Source of the DNA: Capsulimonadaceae bacterium
Lineage (GTDB): Bacteria > Armatimonadota > Armatimonadia > Armatimonadales > Capsulimonadaceae
Reading direction: 5' to 3'
DNA: 64,000 nt
Assembly (NCBI GenBank): GCA_965215505.1
Contig: OZ244065.1
Location: 5,696,001-5,760,000 of the forward strand
In this document: positions 29,834 through 41,077 of the stretch, piece after piece
How the letters are laid out: each line of letters opens with the position of its first letter
How positions within the stretch are numbered: position 1 is the first letter of the stretch
The notes under the pieces: model-generated
What the model saw: the letters and a program-made list of their open reading frames with translations, nothing else
Told to the model about the DNA's origin: nothing
Databases searched by the model: none
Translations under genes and position numbers: made by a program

Positions 29834-32425
29834 ATGATACCGATCCGCCTCGAACTCAAGAACTTCATGTCCTACGGCGAGGACGTCCCCGCCCTGGACT
29901 TCACCGGGATGCACACCCTCTGCCTGTCCGGCGAGAACGGACACGGCAAGAGCGCCCTGCTCGACGCCATCACCTGGTCGCTCTGGGGCGAGAGCCGGGC
30001 GGGCAAGAACAAGCACGACGAATTGGTCCGCATCGGCGCGGACGAGATGAGCGTCCACTTCACCTTCGAGATGGACGGCCAGCGCTACCGGGTCATCCGC
30101 AAGCGGTCCAAGAAGGCCGGCGGCAACCTTTGGGAGTTCCAGCAGGAGACGCCCGATCAAGGGCTGGGGGCGGGCTGGCGGGCATTGACGGGCAACAAAT
30201 CCACCGACACCGGCGAGACGATCCAGAAGCTCCTGCGGATGTCCTATGACACCTTCCTGAACTCCGCCTATCTGCGGCAGGGCCAGGCCGACCAGTTCGT
30301 CAAGCAGACGCCCACCAAGCGCAAGGAGATACTCGCCGATATCCTGGACCTGTCCCGCTACGACCAGCTCGAGGCCAAGGCCCGCGAAAAGATGCGCTCC
30401 GCCCAGGCCGAGGCGACGGATTTAGAACGCGACATCAGCGGCATCGACGCCGAACTAAGGGCCGAGCCGGAGCTGCGCGAGCTGCTGGCCGCCCTGCAAG
30501 CGCGGCAGGATGAGCTGACCGCCCGGCGCGAAGAACTCATCGCGGAGCTTTACGCGGTCCGCGACCGCAAGACCCAGCTTGAAGGCCACCAGAAGCTCAC
30601 CGACTCGCTCAAGGCGCAGATCGCGGTCCTGGACGCCGAGATGCGCGACCTGTCCAAAGACCTCGCTGAACACAACGCGGACGCGGCCAAAGCGGACGCG
30701 CTGCTGTCACGGCACGACGAGATCTGCCGGGATTACGAGAAGCTGCTGGACGCCCGCGCGCGCGTCGGCGATCTGGAAAAGGGACTGGAGCAGTTCTACC
30801 GTGGGCAGCAGGCTCTCGCGACCGCCGATAAAGAACTGATGGCCGCCGAAAATGAGGTTCAGCGCCGTTTGGAACGAGCGAATGCCGACTACGATCAGTC
30901 GGCCTCCCGCGTCAGGGACTTCGAGCATTTCCGCGCCGAGCGCGACACACTCGCCCCGCGCGTCGCCGCCGCCGACCGGAGCGAGGAGCAGGCCGTTACC
31001 AAGCGGGCCGACCTGAAGGAATTGCAGAAGCAGTTTACCGCCCTGCGCGAGCAGTACGCAGCCGTCGAGTGGCAGGCGAAGGACTGGGCGCGCAAGATCG
31101 AAACCCTAGCGAATCAGCAGGGGCAGTGTGATGTGTGCAGCTCGCCGCTGCCCGAGGCCAAAGTCGCCGCCATCCGGGGTGACTATGAGGCGGCCTTGCA
31201 GGAGGCGCAGGCCGAGCAGAAGCGGGTCAAGGCCGAAGCCAACCAGGTCAAAACGCAGATAACAAATTGCGAAAACGAACTCCAAACACTGGACGCCCAG
31301 GTCAGGGCGGCCAAAGCGGACCGGGCGCGGCTGGCCCAGGCCGAGCAGTACATCTTCGACGCCGAGGAGACGCGGAAGACCCTGCCGAACCTTGCCCTCG
31401 TCCGCGATGAGGCCCAGCGCGTCGCCGCCTCGGGCGAGTTCGCCCTAGAGACGCGGGCCAAGATCGCCAAATTCGAGGCCGCCCTGGCGAAGCTCGCGCA
31501 CGTCGAAGCGGACCACGCCGCCGTCAAGGCCGAACTCTCCGTGCTGGAGCCGTCCGAGCGCCTGCACATCGCCCTGGAACACGCCCAGACCGCCCTGAAG
31601 GCGGCGGAAGTCGGCATCGCCCGCGCGCAGAAGGCGCTACAAACGCGGCAGGCTGGCCGGGACGCTGCCCAGGAACAGCTACAGGGTTTGGCAGACGTCA
31701 GCGGCGAACTCGCCCAACTGGAAGCGCGCGGCCAGCAGATACGCGACCTGGGGAAAGCCTGTCAGGCCGAAGAACAGGCCGTCGCCCAGGACATCGGCCG
31801 CCGCCAGCAGACTCTAACACGTTTCGAGGAGCAGAAGGTCGTCCGCGCCGACAAAGCCAAACGCTTCGCCGATGCCAAATACGACCAGGAGGTTCACACC
31901 CGCCTGACCGAAGCCTTCGGCAAGAAGGGGGTGCAGGCGCTCATCATCGAGAACGCCATTCCCGAGCTGGCCGAGGAGACGAACCGCATTCTCGACCGCC
32001 TGACCGACGGCGGCATGTCCCTCTACTTCGACACCCTGCGTGAGTCCAAGACCAAAAAGGACGGCCCCATCGAGACGCTTGACATCAAGGTCAGTGACAA
32101 CCTGGGGACGCGCCCCCTGGAGATGTACTCGGGCGGCGAGGGCTTCCGGGCGGCCTTCGCCCTGCGGATCGCCCTCTCCAAGCTGCTGGCCCGCCGGGCC
32201 GGGGCGCGTCTGCAAACGCTCATCATTGACGAGGGCTTCGGCTCCCAGGACGCCAAAGGCCGCGAGAAGCTGGTGGACTGCCTGGACGCCATCAAAGGCG
32301 ACTTCGAGCGCATCATCGTCATCACGCACATTGATGAGCTGAAAGACGCCTTCGCCACCCGCGTGGAGATCACGAAGACGCCTTCGGGGTCCCAGATCAC
32401 CGTCATGGAAGGCGCAGCGGGTTGA
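29834..32425 (+). CDS. sbcC: SbcC/Rad50-like SMC-family ATPase
   Basis: LKNFMSY, GENGHGKS, LRQGQ, long coiled coil with CDVC zinc hook, YSGGE, IIDEGFGSQD, ITH. Confidence 0.9.
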   Translation: MIPIRLELKNFMSYGEDVPALDFTGMHTLCLSGENGHGKSALLDAITWSLWGESRAGKNKHDELVRIGADEMSVHFTFEMDGQRYRVIRKRSKKAGGNLWEFQQETPDQGLGAGWRALTGNKSTDTGETIQKLLRMSYDTFLNSAYLRQGQADQFVKQTPTKRKEILADILDLSRYDQLEAKAREKMRSAQAEATDLERDISGIDAELRAEPELRELLAALQARQDELTARREELIAELYAVRDRKTQLEGHQKLTDSLKAQIAVLDAEMRDLSKDLAEHNADAAKADALLSRHDEICRDYEKLLDARARVGDLEKGLEQFYRGQQALATADKELMAAENEVQRRLERANADYDQSASRVRDFEHFRAERDTLAPRVAAADRSEEQAVTKRADLKELQKQFTALREQYAAVEWQAKDWARKIETLANQQGQCDVCSSPLPEAKVAAIRGDYEAALQEAQAEQKRVKAEANQVKTQITNCENELQTLDAQVRAAKADRARLAQAEQYIFDAEETRKTLPNLALVRDEAQRVAASGEFALETRAKIAKFEAALAKLAHVEADHAAVKAELSVLEPSERLHIALEHAQTALKAAEVGIARAQKALQTRQAGRDAAQEQLQGLADVSGELAQLEARGQQIRDLGKACQAEEQAVAQDIGRRQQTLTRFEEQKVVRADKAKRFADAKYDQEVHTRLTEAFGKKGVQALIIENAIPELAEETNRILDRLTDGGMSLYFDTLRESKTKKDGPIETLDIKVSDNLGTRPLEMYSGGEGFRAAFALRIALSKLLARRAGARLQTLIIDEGFGSQDAKGREKLVDCLDAIKGDFERIIVITHIDELKDAFATRVEITKTPSGSQITVMEGAAG

Positions 32426-32859
32426 AGCCGTCTGTCCGCTGGGTGTTGGCCGCCGCCATCGGGGTCGCGCTGACCCTGCTGCTGAACCGCATCGGTGTGT
32501 GGTGGCTGGGAGCGACCGATTTCTCGTCCGACTCGTTTTATGATGGCTGTGCGGCCTTCCTGACGCTGACGCTCCCCGCTTTCCTGGCGGGCCTCGTCGT
32601 CGGCTTCGTCGCCCGCGAGCAGGCGCTAAACGTCGCCGCCATTGCCTTCGCCGTGTTCTGCGCGTTCGGCTTCGTCCACCCGTTCTGGCGCATCCCGCCG
32701 GTTTCGCCCGAGTCGGCCCACTCCGGCGGGATGCACTACTTTCTTTACAGCCCGCTCGTCGCCCTGGCCTTCGGCACCCTCGGCGCGTGGCTTGCCGGGC
32801 AGTTCGCGACGGGAAAATGGACTTTAGCCGACCCGCAGCCGGTGAGTCCGCAGGAGTGA
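32422..32859 (+). CDS. Membrane protein, hypothetical
   Basis: Four hydrophobic segments; TTGA overlap with sbcC. Confidence 0.65.
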   Translation: MKPSVRWVLAAAIGVALTLLLNRIGVWWLGATDFSSDSFYDGCAAFLTLTLPAFLAGLVVGFVAREQALNVAAIAFAVFCAFGFVHPFWRIPPVSPESAHSGGMHYFLYSPLVALAFGTLGAWLAGQFATGKWTLADPQPVSPQE

Positions 32860-32876
32860 GGGGCACTGCTACGCCC

Positions 32877-34582
<1,706 letters not shown>

Positions 34583-34600
34583 GTTCCGAGGCGATCAGCT

Positions 34601-35713
34601 ATGAACCCCATCGCCATCAAGAAGCTGGTCATCAAGGTCGGCACCAGCACCCTGACGCGCGGCGGCGGGCCGCCAGACACGGCCTACATCGCCGACCTCG
34701 CCGCCCAGGTCGCACGGCAGCAGGCTTTGGGTCGGAACGTCGTCCTGGTCTCGTCGGGCGCGATCCGGGCGGGCATGGACCGGCTGAAGTTGCCGGGCCG
34801 CCCGCGCTCCATCCCGCAGAAGCAGGCCGCCGCCGCCATCGGGCAGGGGCTTCTGATGCACACCTACGCCCAGGCGTTCGCCCCGCACGACATCCCCGTC
34901 GGCCAGGTCCTGCTGACCCGCGAGGACCTGCGGGAGCGGACGCGCTACCTCAATGCCCGGAACACCTTTGACGCCCTGCTCGGCCATAACGTCGTCCCCA
35001 TCGTCAACGAGAACGACACCGTGGCCGTGGACGAGATCAAGTTCGGCGACAACGACACGCTGGCCGCCCTCGTCGCCTCGCTCATCGAGGCCGATGCCCT
35101 CCTGCTCCTGTCCGATGTCGCCGGGCTGTATGACCGTGACCCGACCCAGTTCGCCGATGCCCAGCTTATCCCCGTCATCGAGACCATTGACCGGGCCGTC
35201 GAGCAGCGCGCGGGCGGCGCTCAAACAGGGATGGGCACGGGCGGCATGACCACCAAGGTGCAGGCCGCCAAGATCTGCGCCAATACCAATGTCCACATGT
35301 TCATCGCCGACGGCCGCCGTGCCAATGTCGTCGCCGACGCTCTGGACGGTTCCTGCGGCACCCACTTCCTCCCCAAGCCCACCCGCCTGCGCTCCCGCCA
35401 GCGCTGGATCGCCTACGGCGTCCTGCCCAAAGGCACCGTCACCGTCAACGACGGTGCCCGGTTGCGCGTGAGCGAGGAGGGCAAGAGCCTCCTGCCCGCT
35501 GGCGTTACCCATGTCACCGGCCACTTTGAAGCCGGCGACCTAGTCCGCCTCGCCGACGCCCACGGCGACGCCTTCGCCCAGGGGTTCGTCAACTACACCC
35601 ACGCCCAGCTTGCCAAGATCATGGGCCGCCGCACCGAAGACATCCCGCTCCTGCTCGGCACGGATGCCGGCGAGGAAGTCATCCACCGCGACAACCTCGT
35701 CCTCGACTTATGA
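34601..35713 (+). CDS. proB: Glutamate 5-kinase with PUA domain
   Basis: VIKVGTS, VSSGAI, AAIGQ, NENDTV, FGDND, GTGGM.TK, IHRDNL. Confidence 0.97.
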   Translation: MNPIAIKKLVIKVGTSTLTRGGGPPDTAYIADLAAQVARQQALGRNVVLVSSGAIRAGMDRLKLPGRPRSIPQKQAAAAIGQGLLMHTYAQAFAPHDIPVGQVLLTREDLRERTRYLNARNTFDALLGHNVVPIVNENDTVAVDEIKFGDNDTLAALVASLIEADALLLLSDVAGLYDRDPTQFADAQLIPVIETIDRAVEQRAGGAQTGMGTGGMTTKVQAAKICANTNVHMFIADGRRANVVADALDGSCGTHFLPKPTRLRSRQRWIAYGVLPKGTVTVNDGARLRVSEEGKSLLPAGVTHVTGHFEAGDLVRLADAHGDAFAQGFVNYTHAQLAKIMGRRTEDIPLLLGTDAGEEVIHRDNLVLDL

Positions 35714-35744
35714 TGCCGGCCCGCCCAGTAACTTGCCTTCCAAC

Positions 35745-35773
35745 TTGACTTTGCGCGGCGATTCGGCTACAAT
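35745..35773 (+). promoter_or_regulatory. Internal sigma70-type promoter
   Basis: TTGACT-17bp-TACAAT. Confidence 0.65.
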
Positions 35774-35812
35774 CAGGACGATCCGCACATCGAAAAAGGA
35801 AGCGCCGACACG

Positions 35813-36130
35813 ATGCACGCTCTTTCTATACAGAACATATTCATGGCCGCTGTGTGGACCGCCGGGAGTGTCGGCGTCGTCTACCTGTCCGGGCACATCT
35901 ACGGGAAATCTAAGAGACATGCGGACTATGACAAGCGGATGCGCCGGGTTGTGTTCTCGTACTGGGCGCTGTTCTGCTTGTGGCAGGGCTGCCTCGCTCT
36001 GAACCTCGCCGCCATGCGATTGGTGTGGATACACTACGCGGGGCCTGTGCTGATAACGGCCCTCTTCTTGGTCGTTTTACAGTTTCCGCTCATCCAAGCG
36101 TGGGTGAGAAAGCGGGAGCAAATCAGATGA
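35813..36130 (+). CDS. Small membrane protein
   Basis: 105 aa, three hydrophobic segments, AAGGAAG RBS. Confidence 0.6.
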   Translation: MHALSIQNIFMAAVWTAGSVGVVYLSGHIYGKSKRHADYDKRMRRVVFSYWALFCLWQGCLALNLAAMRLVWIHYAGPVLITALFLVVLQFPLIQAWVRKREQIR

Positions 36131-36492
36131 GGGTGGAACGGCTTCGTTATTCTCTCCTGCTCGCTGCCGGGATCGTTGTCTCGACGGCTTTGACAAACAG
36201 CTTGATAGTCGCGGTGATACTCTTCGCGCCTGAACTCAACCGACTCCTCATGCCTACAATGGTTAAGGAAAACAGAAGGCTACTCGGCATCTTTGCCTGG
36301 GTGTGCTGTGTTTTGGCCCTTGCGGGGGCGTACTACATCGGGGATTTGCTGCTGTTCCCACGCTCGCCTTATGCCTCACACCGAGAGCGCGACGCGGTCG
36401 TCATGGCGATCGTGGGCATGATCGGGGGCTTTGCCACCATCTACTGGATGCCGGCCAGTCGTGCAGGAGCAAAGAAATCGCGCCACACATAA
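36127..36492 (+). CDS. Small membrane protein
   Basis: 121 aa, three hydrophobic segments, ATGA overlap. Confidence 0.6.
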   Translation: MRVERLRYSLLLAAGIVVSTALTNSLIVAVILFAPELNRLLMPTMVKENRRLLGIFAWVCCVLALAGAYYIGDLLLFPRSPYASHRERDAVVMAIVGMIGGFATIYWMPASRAGAKKSRHT

Positions 36493-36549
36493 ATTTTGCA
36501 AGAACGGACTTGTAGCTGTTGATAGCCACTGCCGAGAACATTGGTGTTT

Positions 36550-37812
36550 ATGAGTACGCTCGCGATTGAAGAAGTCGAAGACAAGGGACGGGCCGCCAAA
36601 GCCGCCGCGCGGACGCTGGCGCTTGCCGGAACAGATACCAAGAACGAAGCCCTGATCGCGATGGCCGATGCCCTCGGAACGCACCAGGCCGCCATCTTAG
36701 AAGCCAACGCCCGCGACATCGCCGGGGCCGAAGAGCTTGGCCTGACGCCGCACCTGATCGAGCGGCTGACGCTGACGCCCAGGCGCGTCGGCGAGATGCA
36801 GACCGGGCTGAGGCAGGTCGCCGCCCTGCCGGACCCTATCGGGGCCGTTCTGTCCGGGTGGCGTCGGCCCAACGGCTTGCAGATCACTAAGACGCGCGTT
36901 CCCCTAGGCGTCATCGGCATCATCTACGAGAGCCGCCCCAATGTCACCGTGGATGCCGCCGCCTTGTGCCTGAAATCCGGCAACGCCGCCCTGCTGCGCG
37001 GCGGGTCTGAGGCCATCCATTCCAATGTCGCCCTGGCCCGCGTCTTGCAGGATGCGCTCCAAATAGCGGGCCTGCCCACCGCCTGCGTGCAGCTCATCGA
37101 AAGCACAGACCGGGCCGCCGCCCGCCGCCTGATGACCTTGAACGAGTCCGTGGACTGCCTCATCCCACGCGGCGGGGCGTCGCTCATCAAGACCGTCATC
37201 GAGACGGCGACCGTTCCTGTGATCGAGACCGGCACCGGCAACTGTCACGTCTATGTGGACAAAGACGCCGACTTTGCGATGGCCGCCGAGATCATCCTGA
37301 ACGCCAAGGCCCAGCGCCCCTCCGTCTGCAACAGCGCCGAAACGCTGCTGGTGCATCAGGATGTCGCTTCCGCCTTCCTGCCCCCGGTTGGGCGGAGACT
37401 AGCCGAGGCCGGGGTCGAGATGCGCGGCGACGCGCGGACGTGCGCGCTCCTGCCCAACACGCGGGAGGCCACTGAGCAGGACTGGCATGAGGAGTTCAAC
37501 GCGCTCATCCTCGCCGTCAAAATCGTGGACAGCCTGGACGATGCCGTGACCCACATCAACACCTACGGCACGCGCCATTCCGAGGCCATCATCACCGGAG
37601 ACTACGCCGCCGCCCAGGTCTTCACCGACGGCGTGGACTGCGCTGCCGTCTATGTGAACGCCTCGACGCGCTTCACCGACGGCTTCGAGTTCGGCTTCGG
37701 GGCGGAGATCGGCATCTCCAACCAGAAACTCCACGCCCGTGGCCCGATGGGGTTGGAAGAGCTGACGACTTACAAGTACATCGTGCGCGGCAGCGGCCAG
37801 GTTCGCGCTTAG
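36550..37812 (+). CDS. proA: Gamma-glutamyl phosphate reductase
   Basis: PLGVIGIIYESRPNVT, LRGGSEA, PRGG, RPSVCNSAE, NASTRFTDG, KLHARGPMGL. Confidence 0.97.
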   Translation: MSTLAIEEVEDKGRAAKAAARTLALAGTDTKNEALIAMADALGTHQAAILEANARDIAGAEELGLTPHLIERLTLTPRRVGEMQTGLRQVAALPDPIGAVLSGWRRPNGLQITKTRVPLGVIGIIYESRPNVTVDAAALCLKSGNAALLRGGSEAIHSNVALARVLQDALQIAGLPTACVQLIESTDRAAARRLMTLNESVDCLIPRGGASLIKTVIETATVPVIETGTGNCHVYVDKDADFAMAAEIILNAKAQRPSVCNSAETLLVHQDVASAFLPPVGRRLAEAGVEMRGDARTCALLPNTREATEQDWHEEFNALILAVKIVDSLDDAVTHINTYGTRHSEAIITGDYAAAQVFTDGVDCAAVYVNASTRFTDGFEFGFGAEIGISNQKLHARGPMGLEELTTYKYIVRGSGQVRA

Positions 37813-37824
37813 AAAGAAAGACAG

Positions 37825-38469
37825 TTGAACGACGGCTTCCCCAATGCCCAGCCGGGCCAGCCCACGCCTTTCGTACAGCCCACCGTGTGGCCACCGCCGC
37901 CGATGATGGGGCAGCAGTCCGGCTGGGCCGGCCCCGTCTGCGGCTTCAAGTGGCTGTACCGGCGCGCGCCCGGCAAGATGGCCGCAAAAGCCCTGGTCGC
38001 CGACTACCGCGTGGGCACCCTCCAGTGTGATGCTGAGGGCATCATCATCGAGGGCAAAGCGGTCCCGCGCGCCGAGATTCGCATGATGGTGGTTCTGCCC
38101 GCCGTCCTCCTTAATCTGCTCCTCGGCGTCATCGCCAACTTCGTGATGGAATATGGGATGCGGAAAGACCGGCGCGACGGCATCCGCTGGAGCAGCGTCA
38201 AGCAGATCACGCTGTCGCCGGCAAAGCAGCAGGCCGTCATCGTCTACGACGCCTACAACCACGCGGCGCAGATCAAGACGTATTCGCTGGCCTTCACGCC
38301 CACACCGGGACAGTACGAGGCCTTCGCGGAGGCCAGCCGCCGGAACGCACCGGACCGGCTGGGGGAGGCGGCGCTCGTGAGCGCCACGCCCGTCGCCGTC
38401 TGGATTCTGCTCGGCCTCGTCGTATTCATAATGGCCGCGCTGGTCGTGCTGGCCCTCCACGCCCGGTAG
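37825..38469 (+). CDS. Membrane protein with N-terminal WPPPP motif
   Basis: TTG start, Pro/Gln-rich N-terminus, two hydrophobic segments. Confidence 0.65.
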   Translation: MNDGFPNAQPGQPTPFVQPTVWPPPPMMGQQSGWAGPVCGFKWLYRRAPGKMAAKALVADYRVGTLQCDAEGIIIEGKAVPRAEIRMMVVLPAVLLNLLLGVIANFVMEYGMRKDRRDGIRWSSVKQITLSPAKQQAVIVYDAYNHAAQIKTYSLAFTPTPGQYEAFAEASRRNAPDRLGEAALVSATPVAVWILLGLVVFIMAALVVLALHAR

Positions 38470-38503
38470 AGTGCCGAAGCGGGAGAGAGGTTCCGGGTTC
38501 GTC

Positions 38504-39118
38504 ATGCAACGACTGGGCATCATGGGCGGCACGTTCGACCCCATCCACTACGGGCACCTGCTGATGGCCGAGGAGGCGCGGCAGGCGTTCGCGTTGGATC
38601 AAGTCGTCTTCGTCCCGAACGGGCGGCCCGCGCACAAGAAGGCCTACCTGGTCAGCTCGCCGGAAGACCGGTACGCGATGACGCTGCTGGCGACGGGGTC
38701 TAATCCCTGCTTCTCCTGCTCGCGCATCGAGATCGAGCGGCCCGGCCCGTCCTATACGATAGACACGCTGCGCGCCTTCCGCCAGACCCATCCTGATCTG
38801 GACGCGCTCTATTTCATCACCGGGGCGGACGCCGTGCTGGAAATCCTGACCTGGCACGAGTACGACAAGCTGGTGCGGGAGTGCCAGTTCATCGCCGTCA
38901 CTCGCCCCGGATTCGTTCTGGAGCGGCTGTCGGAGATCGCCGACGCCGAGTTCCTGCACCGGGTTTCGTTCCTGCCCATCCCCGGCCTGGAGATCTCGTC
39001 TACGGACATCCGCCGCCGCGTCCGCGAAGGGCGCAGCGTGAAGTACCTGACGCCCGAGCCGGTCGAAGCCTACATCCAACAGCAGGGATTGTACCGGACC
39101 TTGCCAACCCAACCATGA
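38504..39118 (+). CDS. nadD: Nicotinate-nucleotide adenylyltransferase
   Basis: GGTFDPIHYGH, SYTIDT, FITGAD, ISSTDIR. Confidence 0.96.
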   Translation: MQRLGIMGGTFDPIHYGHLLMAEEARQAFALDQVVFVPNGRPAHKKAYLVSSPEDRYAMTLLATGSNPCFSCSRIEIERPGPSYTIDTLRAFRQTHPDLDALYFITGADAVLEILTWHEYDKLVRECQFIAVTRPGFVLERLSEIADAEFLHRVSFLPIPGLEISSTDIRRRVREGRSVKYLTPEPVEAYIQQQGLYRTLPTQP

Positions 39119-40395
39119 ATGACGATACTCTACGACAAGAAGACACTGAACAACAACTGGCCCTCGCGCGGCGGCAGCTTGAGGCCGTCCAGCGCATCAG
39201 CAGCGCCCTCTACTCGGTGACGGACACGGATACCCTGTTGCGACAGGCGCTCGACGTGGCCCTGGAAGTGGTCGGGGCCGATGCCGGCTCCATCCTGCTC
39301 TACAACGCCGACAAGAACAGCCTGATCTTCCGTCACGCGGTCGGGCCGGTCGCGGCCTCGCTCATCGGCACGGGGCTGGACCTCTCGCTCGGCAAGGGGA
39401 TCGCGGGGGACGTGTTCCGGACGGGGCAGGGGCGGCTGACGCCGGACGTTGAGCGGGACGCCGACCACATCGGCACCGTGGACGCCCGCACCGGCTACCA
39501 GACGCGCTCGCTGATGACGGTCCCGCTGAACACGCGCCAGGGCCTGCCGCTGGGCGTCATCCAGTTCGTCAACAAGCGGGCGGGGGAATTCGACGCCGGG
39601 GACATGGCGGTCGGCGAGATCGTCGGCAGCCTCGTTGCCCTCAGCCTCCAGAACGCCCTGCTGGCCCGCGAAGCGAACCTGGCCGCCGTCGCGCGCTCGG
39701 TGGGCGAGATCAGCCACGACATCGGGAACATGCTCACCCACGTCCTGCCCTATGTGGAAACCCTGGAAGGCTCGATCTCCGACGTGCGGGCAGGAAAGCC
39801 CGGCGCGCTGGAGGCCCTGGAGAGCTTTTATGCCGAGGTCCGGGAGAACGTCGCGGACGGCGTCCAGCAGGTGACCGCCCGCACCCGCGAGATCGCCTCG
39901 GCCCTCAAAGGCGAGGTCGCCCCACTCGACTTCCGGCCGGGCCGCCCGTTCGACACCGCCCAGCGCGTCGTCCAGTCGCTCGGGGCCGCCGCCCAGCGGG
40001 CGGGCATCACACTCTGCACGGAAGGCGACAGCACGCTGGAAGTCGTGCTTGACAGCCACCGACTCTGGAACGCGCTCTATAACCTGGTCAACAACGCCCT
40101 GCCCGAGACGCCCGACGGCGGCTCCATCACCCTGGCCGTCACCGCCGACCCCGACCCGGACTTCTACCGCGTCTCCGTCGCCGACACCGGGAAGGGGATG
40201 CCGGAGGCGGTCCAAAAGAAGCTGTTTACCGACGCCGCCTGCTCCACCAAGCCCGGCGGGACCGGATTGGGAACGCGCATCGTCCGCCGGATCGTCGAGC
40301 AGCATGGCGGCACGCCTTCCGTCGTCAGCGCGCCGGGGCAGGGGACCACCTTCACGCTCCGCCTGCCCCGGAACCCCCAGCCACTACCCGGCTAG
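39115..40395 (+). CDS. GAF-domain sensor histidine kinase
   Basis: GAF (GIAG.VF..G, TRSLMTVPL, VNK), H-box SHDIGN, NLVNNA, DTGKGM, GTGLG. Confidence 0.92.
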   Translation: MNDDTLRQEDTEQQLALARRQLEAVQRISSALYSVTDTDTLLRQALDVALEVVGADAGSILLYNADKNSLIFRHAVGPVAASLIGTGLDLSLGKGIAGDVFRTGQGRLTPDVERDADHIGTVDARTGYQTRSLMTVPLNTRQGLPLGVIQFVNKRAGEFDAGDMAVGEIVGSLVALSLQNALLAREANLAAVARSVGEISHDIGNMLTHVLPYVETLEGSISDVRAGKPGALEALESFYAEVRENVADGVQQVTARTREIASALKGEVAPLDFRPGRPFDTAQRVVQSLGAAAQRAGITLCTEGDSTLEVVLDSHRLWNALYNLVNNALPETPDGGSITLAVTADPDPDFYRVSVADTGKGMPEAVQKKLFTDAACSTKPGGTGLGTRIVRRIVEQHGGTPSVVSAPGQGTTFTLRLPRNPQPLPG

Positions 40396-40400
40396 CCCGG

Positions 40401-41042
40401 CTATGCGCCCCACTCATAGTGCAGGATGTCCCCGTTGTGGTTAAGCACGTCATCAATATCGTCTCGCCTGACATCGCGCGCCAGCGTGACCTGTAGGCGG
40501 GCCACTTCGGAGTTCGCCATCCGGTCCAGCTTCAGGTCGCGCGTCTTGACGTCCTGCTGGTGGAGGTGTTCCAGCATCAGCCGGACGGCGCTCAGTGGGT
40601 CACAGTCCGTCTTGAAGACCACGGTCAAGGCCTGGTGCCGCCGCTGGCGGATCAAGTCCTCTTCAAAGGTGTTGAGGAGGGTGAGAGTGAAGAGGATGAC
40701 GACGGTCGCGACTGTCCCCAATTCGGCGTACAGCCCGCCGTAGCCGACTGCCATGCCGACGGCGGCGATGGCCCAGAGGCTGGCCGCCGTGGTCAGGCCG
40801 TGGACCAGGCCGGTCGTCCCCTCGCGGATGATCGTCCCCGCGCCGAGGAAGCCGACGCCGGTGACGACCTGGGCGGCGATCCGGTCGCCGTTCGCGCCGA
40901 AGGACTCCGAGATCTGCGTCAGCAGGGTCGCCCCGACGCAGACCAGGATGTGCGTCCGCAGCCCCGCCGGGCGGGCGTGGCGCTCCCGCTCCCAGCCGAT
41001 CAGGCCGCCGAGCAGCAGGGCGAGGAGCAGCAGGCCGGTCAT
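40401..41042 (-). CDS. MgtC/SapB family membrane protein
   Basis: IGWERE...AGLRTH, RIAAQVVTGVGFLGAG, GLTTAA.LW; true start may be CTG at 41081. Confidence 0.92.
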   Translation of the reverse strand: MTGLLLLALLLGGLIGWERERHARPAGLRTHILVCVGATLLTQISESFGANGDRIAAQVVTGVGFLGAGTIIREGTTGLVHGLTTAASLWAIAAVGMAVGYGGLYAELGTVATVVILFTLTLLNTFEEDLIRQRRHQALTVVFKTDCDPLSAVRLMLEHLHQQDVKTRDLKLDRMANSEVARLQVTLARDVRRDDIDDVLNHNGDILHYEWGA

Positions 41043-41077
41043 GTGGACCAGCGGCAGATGCAGGAAATGGGCGAGGC

